Origin: Obrimoposthia wandeli
Taxonomy: Eukaryota
Reading direction: 5' to 3'
Length of the DNA stretch: 64,000 nucleotides
Assembly: GCA_977020255.1 (NCBI GenBank)
Contig: CDROCS010002858.1
Span: 1 to 64,000, forward strand
This document shows positions 63,218 to 64,000 of the stretch, piece after piece; positions within the stretch are counted from its first letter, which is position 1, and every line of letters begins with the position of its first letter. The notes beneath the pieces were generated by a model, which ran no database searches, was not told where the DNA came from, and worked only from the letters and a program-made list of their open reading frames with translations. Made by a program: the position numbers and the translations under genes.

Positions 63218-64000
63218 ATGCATTATCGAATTATATTAAGAATACTCGGTATCTTATTGATGATATTCAGTATCACCATGATACCACCCGCTATCGTGTC
63301 TCATATATACGACGACGGCGTATATGCACTCTTCTATTTATGCATGGCCATTACATTTATTACAGGCTTTCTATTTTGGATCCCTGCGTACAATGTAAAA
63401 GAAGAGCTAAGAACTAGAGATGGCTTTGTTGTGACAGTAATGTTCTGGCTGGTGTTGAGCATATTTGGTGCCATACCGTTCGTTCTGTCTGAAGAGTTAA
63501 ATCTAAGTATCGTTGATGCTGTATTTGAATCGATGTCAGGTTTAACAACAACCGGCGCAACGGTTATTACTGGCATAGACGACCTCCCTAAATCAATCTT
63601 GTTCTACCGCCAACAACTACAATGGCTTGGCGGCATGGGTATCATTGTATTAGCAGTGGCTATATTGCCTATGCTTGGTATCGGGGGTATGCAGCTCTAT
63701 AGAGCCGAGACACCGGGCCCAGTTAAAGATAGCAAACTTACCCCAAGGATTACAGAAACAGCCAAGGCCCTATGGTATATATATGCAACCCTAACAATAA
63801 TATGCACCTTAAGTTATTGGCTAGCCGGAATGACGTTCTTTGATGCAATAACTCACAGCTTTTCAACCGTCGCTATCGGTGGATTTTCGACACATGATGC
63901 TAGCATTGGCTATTTTGATAGCCAGCTCATTGAAAGTATTGCTGTAGTATTCATGCTGATTTCGGCTATTAATTTCGGTTTGCACTTCTTCGCATGGAGA
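63218..64000 (+). CDS. trkH: Trk potassium uptake membrane subunit, 3' end beyond the window
   Basis: Absent from the track. Manual translation from ATG 63218 is open to the edge: [41 protein letters not shown]. Confidence 0.95.
   Translation, partial: MHYRIILRILGILLMIFSITMIPPAIVSHIYDDGVYALFYLCMAITFITGFLFWIPAYNVKEELRTRDGFVVTVMFWLVLSIFGAIPFVLSEELNLSIVDAVFESMSGLTTTGATVITGIDDLPKSILFYRQQLQWLGGMGIIVLAVAILPMLGIGGMQLYRAETPGPVKDSKLTPRITETAKALWYIYATLTIICTLSYWLAGMTFFDAITHSFSTVAIGGFSTHDASIGYFDSQLIESIAVVFMLISAINFGLHFFAWR

Noticed and set aside
63334-63576. 80-aa minus-strand ORF at the right end
   Set aside because: Antisense to trkH, which is the real gene here (missing from the track because it is truncated).

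Overview
64 kb of chromosome from an AT-rich, probably marine gammaproteobacterium. The gene order is Pseudomonadales/Oceanospirillales-like (oxyR-recG, divergent rpiA/ilvA, aroE-hemF-tsaC, lysM-dprA divergent from def-fmt-rsmB-trkAH). Two parS palindromes (50770, 60933) and this gene set suggest the window is close to oriC. The right half is mostly housekeeping. The left half is accessory-rich: (i) a ChiP/OprD-family porin missing from the ORF track; (ii) a hybrid Aer-PAS/Aer2-PAS chemoreceptor with altered cofactor ligands and methylation sites; (iii) a Tat-exported SorT-like sulfite dehydrogenase with a cytochrome c2-SorU fusion, a convergent ECF sigma/anti-sigma pair and a matching GGAATAAA promoter; (iv) an AP-superfamily phosphoesterase + HAD phosphatase + Dpp/Opp-type ABC importer + LysR cluster behind a 14-bp inverted repeat; (v) two c-di-GMP enzymes; (vi) zur-znuCB/znuA with twin Zur boxes next to a Fur-boxed imelysin/di-heme/DUF1513 cluster. 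An unannotated 43-aa membrane ORF lies directly ahead of a CueR-like regulator. I saw no rRNA, tRNA, CRISPR array, intact transposase or prophage. All family calls come from motif recognition by eye; no database search was run.
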